Origin: Trichodelitschia bisporula
Lineage: Eukaryota
Assembly (NCBI GenBank): GCA_010356995.1
Contig: ML996698.1
Location: 369,923-433,922 of the forward strand
Length of the DNA: 64,000 bases
Direction: 5' to 3'
Position 1 is the first letter of the stretch; each line of letters starts with the position of its first letter. Shown in pieces: positions 1 to 11,424 of this stretch. A program made the translations under genes and the position numbers. Below the pieces are notes generated by a model. That model ran no database searches. It was not told the origin of the DNA and worked only from the letters and a program-made list of their open reading frames with translations.

Positions 1-495
1 TCTGGCTGTGGCTGACATGACTCGTGGCTGATCGGCGGTTGGCCTGGACGTCGTCACACCAAGGGCCGACCATCGTGAAATATCAGTGTGCTCCTTTCAA
101 GGATACTATGTCGAGAGTAGCAATAAATCTACCCTTTTCCATGATGCTATGCCAGGCTGGTGTTCAAAGGATTCGTGCCCAAAGAACCGCCACTGTCTCG
201 GTTCATCATAATCAGAGAGCTCTGCGCGTCTCAAACGAAGACCAAGTGCCCAGCAGACGCGCCCCCGTTAACGGCTAAGAGATGCTTCTCTCAGAAGCAC
301 GCCGCGCACGTAATGTGAGATGTGCATTTCAACGCTTGCAAGCGGGATAAAACCAAACGTAATATGAAAGGCGGGCACCAAAGCCCATCCATTTAACACC
401 ACATCTAAGAACGAACGCCCAGAGGGGGTATCTCAACGCAGGATTTAAACGCCACAAACGAAAGCTCTAGCGGGGCACCATCAGCACACCCACCC

Positions 496-2620
496 TTACA
501 ACATCATACTCCGTCGGCGGGCCGCTGCTCTATCCCCACGACTAGTCGCCTCAGCAGCCTCACTCTTTACCCGTGCCTCCACTGCGTTCTTCACACCCTC
601 CCTCATCCTCATCTCCGCAGCCGGATTCGATGAGTGCCGCCGCGACCCCCGCCCCTTAACCGACGCCCGCTCCTCTACAGGGCTCGAGTCATCGAAGTCG
701 AAGATCGCAAGACTAGCCCGCTTCTGCTCCTCGTCTCCCGAGAGGAATGGATCGGAGGAGGCATGTTCAGCAGGCGGAGCTGCCACTGACGCCGGTCGCG
801 CCGACTTGCGCCGCTCACTCGCGAGCTTGACGATCTGATGCGCCGCGGCAGCCTGCGCGTTGAGCTCGCGCTGCGACTTATTCTCCTTCGCCGCGGCCGC
901 GGGCTGCTCCTCAGCCTCGGTCTGAACCGGCCCACGCGCCTCGCTCCTCTTGCTCAGCGGACTCGCAGGCTCCGGCTGATCAAGGGGCGCGGCAGACACG
1001 GACCGCGTCGACAGCCCGGGCAGCGCCTTCCAGGTGTCGCTGTCACTGTCTCCGGGCTCCTTCTTCACGACGGTGCGAATGCTGAGCGGTTTGCCGTCTT
1101 TGCCGACCGCGTCGAGAAGTTCCTTCGTCGGACGCCGCATCTTGCTGATCAGATTCGGCTCTGCGTAGTTCACGGCTGCGCGGGCGCGGCGGCCCGGGCG
1201 ACCGTTGGCTTCGGTGGTGGCGTGCGGGTTGAGTTCGGTGGGTGGGGGGGTGTCTTTAGGGCCGGAGCGGGTGGAGGGTTGGGTGGAGGGGGGCGAGATG
1301 AAGTCTGCAGGGGCGGGCGTCTTGGGGTGGAGGTTCGCGGCTTGCGCAGGCTCTTTGAACTGTTCTGGTGGCGGAATTCGAATGCTGAGCGCAGCGGCAT
1401 GTTCGGTGCGAGATTTGGGACGAGGCCGCGCTGACACGATCGGCTTCTTACCCGGAGGCTTTTCGTTGGCTGCCGCCTTCGTTGGCTTCTGGGGAGACAC
1501 GATTGGATCGGTGTTGACGGTTTCTGTAGATAGTTAGAAAATATACGAGAAATATGGACATGGATCAACGCACTCTCGCCTAACGCCTTTCTAGATATGG
1601 TGACGACACGGATGCCATCCTCGTTGACGACCAGCTTGCGCTCCTCCGCTGCCTTCGGTCTGGCATCAGACACAGACTGAGCAGGCTTATCTGCTGCGCC
1701 TTTGCGACTGAACGTAAACTCAACAGGAACGGAAGAATCCAGTTTCGGCTCGTCATCCCTCGCGCCCAGCTTTCGCTTCGATCCTGCTCGGACAGGCGCC
1801 TGCTCCGTTTTTTTCGCACCGTTATCATCCTCAATGCGCTCAGGAGGGGAGTTAAAGACGGCCATCCGCTTGATAGCTAGCTTCTGATGGACATCTCTGC
1901 GCTTTCCTCGAGTTTCGATGTTGGCGGAGAGTTGCGATGCCAACGCATCCGCATCCGGTTCCCTTTCGCAGGGGTCAACTTGCGGCTCGGGATCGTACTT
2001 GATCGGCTCTTCGTCGTGGAAGTGCCCGATCGGAGGAGGCCCGAGGTCTGGTGATTCCAGTGCCTCATCTGTGAGACGCTGAATCTCCTCAGCACTGCTG
2101 GAATTAGCCAATGCAGACACTGCCATTTGGGACACTGACTTTAGGGTACTGCGCGGATAGTGCTTGTCCTCACGGATGGTGGGCAGCTTCCCATCCTCTC
2201 CGCCCTGAGACATTCCGTGCTCGCCCCTCCGATGCCGAGGCGCAACGGCTGTCTTCACCCTATCTGGCGTCTGCGAGGTATCCAGCTCTGACAACAGTCT
2301 TCCCATCTCTTTCACTTGCGCTTCAAGCTGTTCCTTGATATTGAAAACAACGTTGCGCTTTGCGACGCCTTCCAGCTCCACGCGAATCTGGTTGATTTCC
2401 TCCCTGAGTGCAAGGTTATCCGTAAGGAGGCGAGACACTTCATCCTCAAGGCAGCGTATTCGGATTGACTGAGTCGAATTCGCCTTCGCAAGCTCGCGAT
2501 TCTGCCTGATGAAGCGTTTTCGAACTGTATCATCTCAGCAACCAGACATGCCTCGGAAGAAAACAACCTACGGATGTCAATAGAATCGGGCGCTGAAAAC
2601 GCCTCGTTTAAGCGCGCCAT
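496..2620 (-). CDS. SGO1: Shugoshin (centromeric cohesin protector), 4 exons
   Basis: N-terminus MARLNE...LRKRFIRQNRELAKANSTQSIRIRCLE (shugoshin N-terminal coiled coil) and C-terminal SGO motif RRARAAVNYAEPNLISKMRRP. GT-AG introns near 2526-2571, 2098-2139 and 1524-1573. Confidence 0.9.
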
Positions 2621-2789
2621 TGCGGAAATGCAGTTTCGCGAATACTGTAAGTTGGTGAAGAATAGGGAAGTCGAAGGGTCGTACGCATCTGCGCTGGCGC
2701 TGGTGATGGAGAGATCGGGACGAGATACGAAATCGTGAAGGAAGAAGTGAGGGCTGGGCCGGGAACTGGTGTGGCGGCGCCGATAAACA

Positions 2790-2885
2790 ATCAATGCGTC
2801 TTCATGGCAACCAGGCCCGGACCAATCACGCAGCTTCGTAGCACGTGGATGACGCGGGAACGCGGGACAATCTTGGCGCGTCTTC
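2790..2885. promoter_or_regulatory. Divergent SGO1/DAD2 promoter with MCB-like (ACGCG) cores
   Basis: ACGCG at 2852 and 2860 and GGCGCGT at 2875, in the 348-bp gap between the two ATGs. Confidence 0.45.
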
Positions 2886-2968
2886 TTCCCCAGCACTTTG
2901 ACCCTGGATCAACAGTCACAGCATCTCGTCAGTCTTGCCCTCAATCACCGTCGAATCTTGTTCCCATC

Positions 2969-3472
2969 ATGTCGTACAGCCGACCGATTCCTTCGCATTT
3001 GCGCTCCCAGTCAATGGGCCCGCCCTCCACTGGCCAGTCTCCCGCTCTGCTGGCGCGCATCGAGGAGAAGAAGGCGGAGCTGGCGCATCTCAAGGAGCTT
3101 CAAGCACTCAGCGCGGGACTCGCGGATCAAATGCAGATGCTGGAGCAGAAGCTTTCAACGCTGAGTGACGGGACGGAAGGTTAGTAGCCCAGGGGTTGAA
3201 CTTCAGCCTCGCTTACCACTGCAGCTGTTGCTACTGTCCTCTCCAACTGGCACCATGTCCTGCGCACCATCTCTATGGCCTCCAGTACGTCGTTCTCGCT
3301 CCTCGTCAGGGGCAACATCGTGCTAATAATTCTAGGCAAACTTGCAAAGCCGAAGGACGATGATACCAAACGTGACGATGCCGAGGTGCCTCTGCCTCAA
3401 ACTCTAGTGCGCATTCCGACGCAGCATGCGGGATTGATTGCACAAACCACATCGGGCAGCAATGATGAGTAG
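2969..3472 (+). CDS. DAD2: DASH/Dam1 complex subunit Dad2, 3 exons
   Basis: ALLARIEEKKAELAHLKELQALS...LSDGTEAVATVLSNWHHVLRTISMAS...LPQTLVRIP. Introns at about 3180-3224 and 3286-3335. Confidence 0.9.
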
Positions 3473-4153
3473 TCGAATTATTTCGGACGCGAATGAGATG
3501 GAACCTCCAATGTCTGTCCTTGCGTAAGGATCACTTGGGATTTAGCTTAGCTCCCGGTGTCGTCGGATGGCATCGTACCGACGACCAGCGCACTGGAAAC
3601 CGTGATGAATTCCGGTATACGGCGTTGAGCCTAGGCGTGGTCCTCATAGCTAGAAGATGTCGGTTACTGCAAGGCCACGGCGCTTCCCGGGTGCACTGAA
3701 GCTGGGGCGTGACTTCCTCTACTGAACAGAGATGGGACGCTCCTTGAAGAGCGTTTTGGAAGAGCAACCAAGCTTTTTGTTTTGCGGGTCCTGTGGCTCG
3801 ATAGGAGGAGCGATCACCGGGCAGTATGGAAGTTCTACATAGATCAAGCTTTACGTCGAAATGGGGAGAATATAGAGATCTACCTACATCCGTACCTATG
3901 TGCTTGAATCTGTAGTCGCATGCAATCTGATGAAGGACACAAACGTGTGTGGCTTTAGAGCCAAGCTTTGCGGCCGGTGTGCGGAGGGAGGCGGGGGGGC
4001 GGTGGTGGCCAATGCGGAGGCTGGAGCCTCAGCCCACTATGCCTGCGTCAGGCTCACTTTTGTCGGTTTGCGACGCCTGCTGGAGGCAGCTTCGAGTGAC
4101 TTCACACCTCGCACCTCCCTCACCTCTTCAACTCCCATCCACCTCTTCGCGAT

Positions 4154-5726
4154 ATGGATACCTCAAACATGGCCATGGAGGACTATTCGGGCGTTGACGA
4201 TATGGATATCGATATGGACATCGATATGCGCATTGACACAACCTACGAACAGCCTGAAGCCCAGCAATTGGTGGGGTTACCCTCTCAAAGTCCATTTCAT
4301 ACTATTGCAGCAACGGCTGACATATACTTCCGTACAGGGAATGACCTACTTCGACAACGAGGACACTAGACACGACACTGCTGAACACGCGAACCTTGGA
4401 CCACAGTCTGCGCCGGACAAGGTCCACATCCTTGGATTGGACAACCTCGATACCGACGCGCTGCAGGCCTATGTACGCGAATACACTGACTTTGAGCGCT
4501 TCGTGACTGTTGAATGGATCAACGATACGTCCGCGAATCTGCGCTATGACTCCTCAGATGCTGCGTTTGACGCCCTTGTCCGGTTTACGGACAGCTCTGT
4601 TGATCCTTCGCACCTTGGCCCCCAACAGCTCCGCCGTGCGAGACCGCATCCTTCATACGCAGAAGTGATACTATACGTACGTCAAGCCACAACAGCCGAC
4701 GTGAAGCAAAAACGCGCCCACGAAGCGAGCCGTTTCTATCTGCTCCATCCGGAAAAGGATCCTCATGAACGTCGTCGGCAACAGCCCACCCAGCGCAAGC
4801 CGGCTTCAAGGAACGAATCAGATTTCAGCAAACGTCGCTTCGATGACCGGGAGCATTCTCGTAGACGGGCCCGCGACACCTTTGCCGACACAATGTACGA
4901 CGAAGCGATGATTACAACCGAGGGAGGAAGCGATGGATCGACATCAGACTCTGGGCGTCGGAAACGGGCACGCTTTGGTGGACGCCGGGGTGGACGGGAT
5001 CGCAGTGCATCTCCGATGCGTTCCAGGACTCGTAGTGCAGACGGACGGCGCGCCCGGCAGCGCAGCCCTCGTCCTTTCACGCGCCTGAATGCGGGTAAGG
5101 AGCTGTTTGGCTCTGGAGCCGAGGCTCCAAGCACCCTGAAGGCCAACCAGGGAAAGGAACTCTTCGCAGCCGGACACGTCCGCGCTCTCAAGACTGCTTT
5201 GGGCACAAATGAGCTTTTCCCCGAGAAGACAGCAACCCGTGCTAAAGAGCTGTTCCCGCAAACCAAAGAGCTATTTCCCGCAGAGAAGGAGCTGTTCCCG
5301 GAGAAGATCGCGGATAGCAAACCAAAGGAGCTCTTCCCGCACAAAACAGCCACCAGCAACCACCGTCGGACCGGCGCCGTGGATGCTACGAGCCTGAACG
5401 TGAAAGGTGCTGGTGAGAACCGGCAGTCTCGAGCGCAGTCAGAACGCTTGACTGACCGTCCTGTCCTTGCTGGATCTGGCCGGAGCCTCGAGGAACGGAT
5501 AACAGGGAGGGATGGGGCGGCCGATCTCCATATACTCGGTGCCGCTCGTCAGCCTGGATTCTCAGTCAAGGGTGCTGCCACACGTGACAGCGACGATATA
5601 AACATCAAAGGCTCTGCTCCTGCCGCGTCCAGGGAGCTATTCCCGGAGAAGATGGGGGCTGGATTCGGAACGAAGATCAAGGGACGGGGAGCGCCGAGAC
5701 GTCGCGCAGAGGACATGTTTGGCTAG
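4154..5726 (+). CDS. Nuclear cap-binding protein subunit 3-like (NCBP3/DUF2414) RRM-type protein
   Basis: PDKVHILGLDNLDT...VEWINDTSANLRY motif and LYVRQAT..D.K..RAHEASRFYL. One intron at about 4271-4338. The C-terminal half carries repeated KELFP motifs. Confidence 0.8.
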
Positions 5727-6694
5727 CCGCCGGGGAACGAAGTCTAGAAAAGACAATGCGAATATGAGCCACGGCTCGTGATGGATTGGCGTTTGGTATG
5801 GGGCATCTGGCGTTGGGGCATGACAGACTGAGATACGATCGTGCAAGGCGTGGGAGAAGGGCTATAGGATTGATGGTGTACCCTCGTTGGTGATATAAGT
5901 TCCAGCGTATACGAACGATACTGTGCTATAATGGACGAAGAAGTCAACCGGTCAGGCTCTGTTGACGAAAGGATTCATCCACTCAATCTCCTCCATTCAC
6001 GAACGATTTGCTTCGCGTTAGCGTCGTTTTGATCATCCTGTCGTCCTCATCCTACCTCATTTCTCATACTCCTTGGTCTGAGAGTATTTAGCACAAACGG
6101 TTTCCGTTTCATCAAATCGCGTTCGTAGTCTAGTGGTTAGGATAACTGCCTTCCATGTTTCCTGGATGTCAGCAGTTGACCCGAGTTCGAATCTCGGCGG
6201 ACGCATGGAATTTGGACTCTGTCTGGATCATCATTTTTTTTGCTCATTCAGTGGCTTCGCAGTGTCGAAATATGTTGACTGTTACTCTAAAGGGTCACCC
6301 GAAGAGGTCGTGGCTTCCTCCATCCGCAAAAACACCCAGGCAAGGCGGCCACGTTTTTTCCAATGATCCTTGACCCTTTCTCAACCCTTATTGTGTATCC
6401 GACCACGCAGATAGTCGCCCGAGTTGCGGCCAAAGCGGGGCTGAACTCCCGAACGTTGAGCTTCAGCTGAGATATCCATCCCGCCCCTTCCGTCACTTCA
6501 CCCGGTGACATTCATACTGTAGGGTCCCTTGTCCTTAGGATATATTGCAATATACCGTTCGTCATAGCATCGCGATTTGTATCCCGAACTTCCTCCGACT
6601 AGCTACATGATGAATGCACGGCGCAATGACGTGCATGAGGGCGTGCCACCTATCCGCCTTTCACCAAAATGCGGGTACAAATGCGAAGACGAAC

Positions 6695-6735
6695 AGCACC
6701 CCGCACTCCCCGCATCTCACTCCCGCACCCCAGTG
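6695..6735. promoter_or_regulatory. Cluster of CreA/Mig1-like SYGGRG boxes upstream of the phenol monooxygenase
   Basis: CCCCGC twice plus CCCGC (reverse complement GCGGGG) about 170-200 bp upstream of the ATG. Confidence 0.3.
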
Positions 6736-6900
6736 CCGATATCCTAGTGTTTTCTAGATCAAGTGGCGCTTATCCCCAGGCATCATCGAGCGGAACCATT
6801 CCGTTCAGCGTTGGTTGGCGAACTGTTAAGAGTCGTTGGTGCAGACATCAGCCACTTCTTCAAATCCTTTTATTTCTTTTGTTGATACCCCTTGTCCGCG

Positions 6901-8883
6901 ATGGCCATAGAAACAGATGTCCTGATCGTTGGGAGTGGCTCGGCTGGCCTCTGCGCCGCCGTCTGGCTGGCCCGGAGAGGCATCGATTTCCACATCATTG
7001 AGAAGCGGGACGGGCCTCTGCGCATCGGACAGGCGGATGGAGTCCAGTGCCGTACCGTGGAAGTGTTTGAGAGTTTTGGGATGCGCGATGAGATGGTCAA
7101 GCACGCGTATTGGGTTAACGAAGTGTGCTTTTGGTCCGTCGAGTGCCATCCAGAGACGGGCGAGGAGTTCCCGGATCGCATTTGGCGGACGGACAGGACG
7201 GCCGATGTGGCCCCTGGGTTGTCGTGGCAGCCTCATGTTATTCTCAACCAGGCGAGGCTGAATGAGCTGCTGATTGGGGATATCGAAAAGCATTCGAGCC
7301 GGCAAATTGAATATGACGCTGCGGCGACGGCTGTTGAGGTCAACAGCGAGGAGGCTGGCGACCACTCCGCCCGAGCTGTCACCGTTAAGGCGAGTAAGAA
7401 TGGTGAAGAGCAGGTGTACAGAGCGAAGTATGTTTTGGTAAGTTGCAGGGCTGATATTGGAAAAGGTATTCGCTGAACAACAGGCTTGTGACGGCGCCCA
7501 TAGCACCATCCGCAAATCGCTCGGATATAAAATGATCGGCGATTCCACCGATGTCGTCTGGGGTGTCATGGACATCTTCCCCGTCACGGATTTCCCCGAC
7601 ATTCGGAAGAAGGTCTCCATCAGGTCGGATGCCGGCAACCTGCTCATCATCCCGCGAGAAGGCGACGCTATGGTCCGGTTCTACCTGCAGCTCCCCGATG
7701 GAACGGCGGCCAAGTCTGTTAGGTTAGAAGACCTTCATGAAACAGCGCGCAAGATCCTCTCGCAGTATACCCTAGAGATCAAGTCAACGTTTTGGTGGTC
7801 TGCGTACTCCATCGGACAGCGGCTGGCCGACCACTTCTCCAAGGACGACCGTGTGTTTTTGACCGGTGATGCGTGCCATACACATTCACCTAAGGCCGGT
7901 CAGGGGATGAACTTGAGTTTACAGGACGGCTACAACATCGGCTGGAAGCTTGCTGCGATTCTGAAAGGCGAAGCTCCTCCATCGTTGCTAAAGACGTATA
8001 ACCTTGAGCGCGAGAAGACGGCGTCTGATCTCATCGATTTTGATCGCGAGTTGTCAAAACTGTTTTCCACAAAAGCAAAGGAGCACCGAGACGTTGTGGC
8101 GAAGCAGTTCAGCGACTACTTCATCAGGTCTGGAAAGTACACTGCCGGCTTGACGACCACATATGAGGACTCGAGCATCACGAATGCCAAAGTGAGTTCT
8201 CAGGAACTTGCCAAAAATGTCACTGTTGGAATGCGCTTCCCGAGTGCCCAGGTTGTGCGGTTCTCTGACGCCCGCGCGAAGCAGCTCGCCCGGCACTTGC
8301 AAGCGGATGGTCGTTGGAGAATCATAGTCTTTGGCGGTGACGTTGACAATGCAGATTGCCAGGAGAGACTCGAGAAGGTACGAGGCTCCGTTACTGAGAT
8401 ATCTTTTGGACCTTTGGTACTAATCCCTGTCTAGTTTTCTGACTTCCTCACCTCGAAGTCGTCTCCGATCGTCAAGTTCACGCCTCGCGGCGCAGATCCT
8501 GATGAGTTTATTGAGCCAGTCCTTGTGCTTTGCGGCAGCAGGAGAAACCTCGATGACAACGTTGTAAATGAGCGTTGGAGCATACCCGAAGTTTTCTATC
8601 CAGTGAAGAAGCCATTCCAGATGCGGGGTAAGAAGACAAGCAGTCAGTCCATGAATTCCGCTGATTTGGACCAGATCCTCACAAGGTATACGTTGACGAC
8701 GAGAGCTACAACTATGGCCACGGCCATGCGTACGAAACTCTCGGCGTGGACCCGAATGTCGGGGCTGTTGTCGTGGTTCGACCGGACCAGTACGTGTCCA
8801 TGGTCACGTCTTTGGACGATCACGATGGAGTTGCACACTTCTTCGAAGGCTACGTGGGATCGCAAGCTTCTACCAATAGTTAA
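6901..8883 (+). CDS. FAD-dependent phenol 2-monooxygenase-like (FAD_binding_3 + Phe_hydrox_dim), 4 exons
   Basis: DVLIVGSGSAGL Rossmann motif, GQADGVQCRTVE, CDGAHS, RVFLTGDACHTHSPKAGQGMN and C-terminal VVVRPDQYVS. Introns about 7438-7483, 8377-8434, 8628-8674. Confidence 0.92.
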
Positions 8884-9486
8884 GTGCTCTGTTAGATAAT
8901 GAAAGTGCTGTTTGAAACATAGACACTCCTGTGCGTTGCTTTGTTCGTTCGCTCCTTGTGACATATGATTTCCGATCCATCTTAACAGCATAGGCCGGAT
9001 GACTTTCGAAACCCCGGGCTTCATACCAGAAACTGGACTATGCAGCCCTTCGAACAGCTCCTCGCACGCGCCTCTAAGAAACTTCACGACGTACGCACAG
9101 GTTTCATTTCTGGAATTGCCCTCATAGATCTCAGCTTGGGTGGTAATAGCATCTCTCGTCTTGGATTAGGCATCAAATACACAGTCACGTCCGTCACCCT
9201 GTAACCAAAGCGACATTGCCGCCGTCTAAGTCTTTCGGTCTCTGGGTCAGGGGTATCCAAACAATGAGAAGGACGCCTCGGGCTCACGATTCAATCATCA
9301 ATTGTCACGACATCAGTATCAGCACCATAATTCGTAAAGACTAAACGTTTTGTTGGGTATCTCTGCTAGAACGCTAAGATAAAACATGCCTCAGGAATCA
9401 TGCGCCATCCCATGTCTCAGCTGCAGTACTAGAAGAAAGGTACCACTGGAATGAGAACACGCTTCCGCAAGAGTTCTTTCTGCAGC

Positions 9487-10962
9487 CTAGTTCTCCTTGT
9501 CGGGGGAGGACAAGCGGCAGCGCTTCGTAAACTTGTCCTGGGCAAGGTTCTCGTCGTCGATCTCAAACTTCCGCTTGAGCTTGTCATTCTTGAGCTTAAG
9601 GCGGGCACGTTTTGTCTGTGCATCCCTGATGGCGTTGCGGAGGTCTTCAATACGAGCCTGAAGCCGAGCGTTATCAGACTGTTTGTTCGAGGCAGCTTGA
9701 TCGAGCTGGGCGATCCGGGTGCGAAGCTGAGCGTTGTAAGACTGTTTGTTCGAGGCAGCTTGATTGAGCTGGGCGATCCGGGCGCGAAGGTGGAAATTCT
9801 CAGCTTCGGTCGTGGCCAGGGCTCCGAGTTGCTCGTGAAAACAAGCATTCTCTGCATTTGTGTTCGAAGCCGCCTGACGGAGTTCTTCAGCACGAGCGGC
9901 AAGGCCACCGATGGTCGCCTGAAGGCGAGCATTTTCGGCGTTGTTGGAAGAGACGACCCCACTCATATCCTGAGCATATGTCTGAAGGCGAGAGACCTCA
10001 GTGCTTGTCGTGGCGACGGTCTGGTTTAGGTTTGCGATCGCAGCGTTACTCTCTGCGACGGTCCGGTTCAGGTTTACAATATGCCCCCCAGGGTGAGCGT
10101 TCGCAGCGTTCTTGTCAGTGACGATCTTGTCGGTGTTGGAGATGAAAGCGCCGATTGTGGTGTCGATGTTAAGAGTGAACCGGTCAATGTGGTTGAACAG
10201 ATGACCTTGAGCGGCCATAGCATTGTTCACGAAGTTCATGAACATGTTGATAAGTTGAGCCTCCTGCTGGAGAAAGGTACGGCGAGAATCATCGATGGTC
10301 GAAGCGTTCTCACGCTCAAAGTTCCGCACGATCTGCTGGACTTGGGCGAAAATCGTCCTGATTTCTTCGACATCAACCTGCGCTTGCAAGCCCACATGAT
10401 GATGCTCCGCAGCCCTGTTCTCACGACGAGCGGTGTGTGACAACCAGCGGCAACGTTCAGCGGCAATAACCTCCTGGAAGCGGTCCTCAGCCTCCTGACG
10501 GACCTCCTCACGAACCTGGCGGCAGAGGATGGACACCTGTCCAGCTGCCCACTGGCGCGCCTGCTGCAGGATATCATCCATCCATTGGTGAGCAGCTGCA
10601 GTTCCGAACTTAGCTTCAGAAACCGAGATTAGGTGAGCCGCAGCTCCAAAGATCCGAGAAATATCATCCATGTTTGCGACGGCCCGGGGGTCCTCGATCT
10701 GGAGTAGCCGGTTTGCCGCAGTCACGCCATCGAGGACCTGCTGGCGGGCCAGGTGAAACTCCGGCTCCGACATCAGTATCTCCCCAGTGGGAAGAGGTGG
10801 AGCAGAGTCGCGCGTGATCACGGAAGCCGCTGGGGGGTTGATCGTGGGAGGAGCCGGTTCTAGGTCGTTAGCACCGTCATGAAGGATTAAAAGCATTTAT
10901 TGCAACTTACGGGGAACAAGCGTACGGAAAGCCCGCTTTGCGAGCTCAAGGAGAAGCAACAT
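9487..10962 (-). CDS. Hypothetical coiled-coil protein with internal 21-aa repeats, 2 exons
   Basis: 469-codon open frame. An upstream exon MLLLLELAKRAFRTLVP joins in frame through a GTAAGT...GCTAAC...TAG intron (10860-10910). Heptad-rich C-terminal half. No family recognised. Confidence 0.7.
9664..9792. repeat. 63-bp tandem duplication within the coiled-coil CDS
   Basis: Two near-identical units GAGCGTT..AGACTGTTTGTTCGAGGCAGCTTGAT.GAGCTGGGCGATCCGGG.GCGAAG. Confidence 0.85.
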
Positions 10963-11424
10963 TTTTGGTAATGCTTTGCTTCTGGAAAATGGGTGGTTGA
11001 AAATTTAGGGGAAGACTGAAGGCAGTGTGTGTTGTGAGGAAGAGAGTGGAAAAGATGCTCAGTTTTTGGAATTGAAAGAGCCCCGTCGGCGGTTCACTCT
11101 TGGCATGGCTATTGTTGATGTAGCTATTGTCAGTCAATTTATTGTTCGCCGTGGAGTTTGGCTTGGTTCTGCCGTTAATCATCGCCCGCCTTCCCGTTGT
11201 CGAGTGTTTGATAGAAGTCGACGAGCATAGTTTCCCTCTTGGGACTAGCGTTGCCGACAATGCAAGCTAGCGCCACAACCTCCGCCAAGCCATGTGGCCG
11301 TGCCGCACTCGTCCAGCGGCATCGATTTTCGCAACGTCCACGTCTTGGAGCCCCAAGCCAAACTCGAAGCACATCCATCCGTTGCTATTACAACCGTTTA
11401 ACGTTTGATCTCCATTGTGTCAAA

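Noticed and set aside
838..1537. Long antisense ORFs over SGO1 (similar ones lie over SWC4, gdhA, RecQ, PEX19 and the VTC gene)
   Set aside because: Shadow frames produced by GC-rich codon usage on the opposite strand; no recognisable protein features.
5090..5400. KELFP repeats as a RiPP precursor for the UstYa oxidase
   Set aside because: They sit in the tail of an RRM-type nuclear protein, lack a signal peptide and KR/KK cleavage spacing, and are 25 kb from the oxidase.
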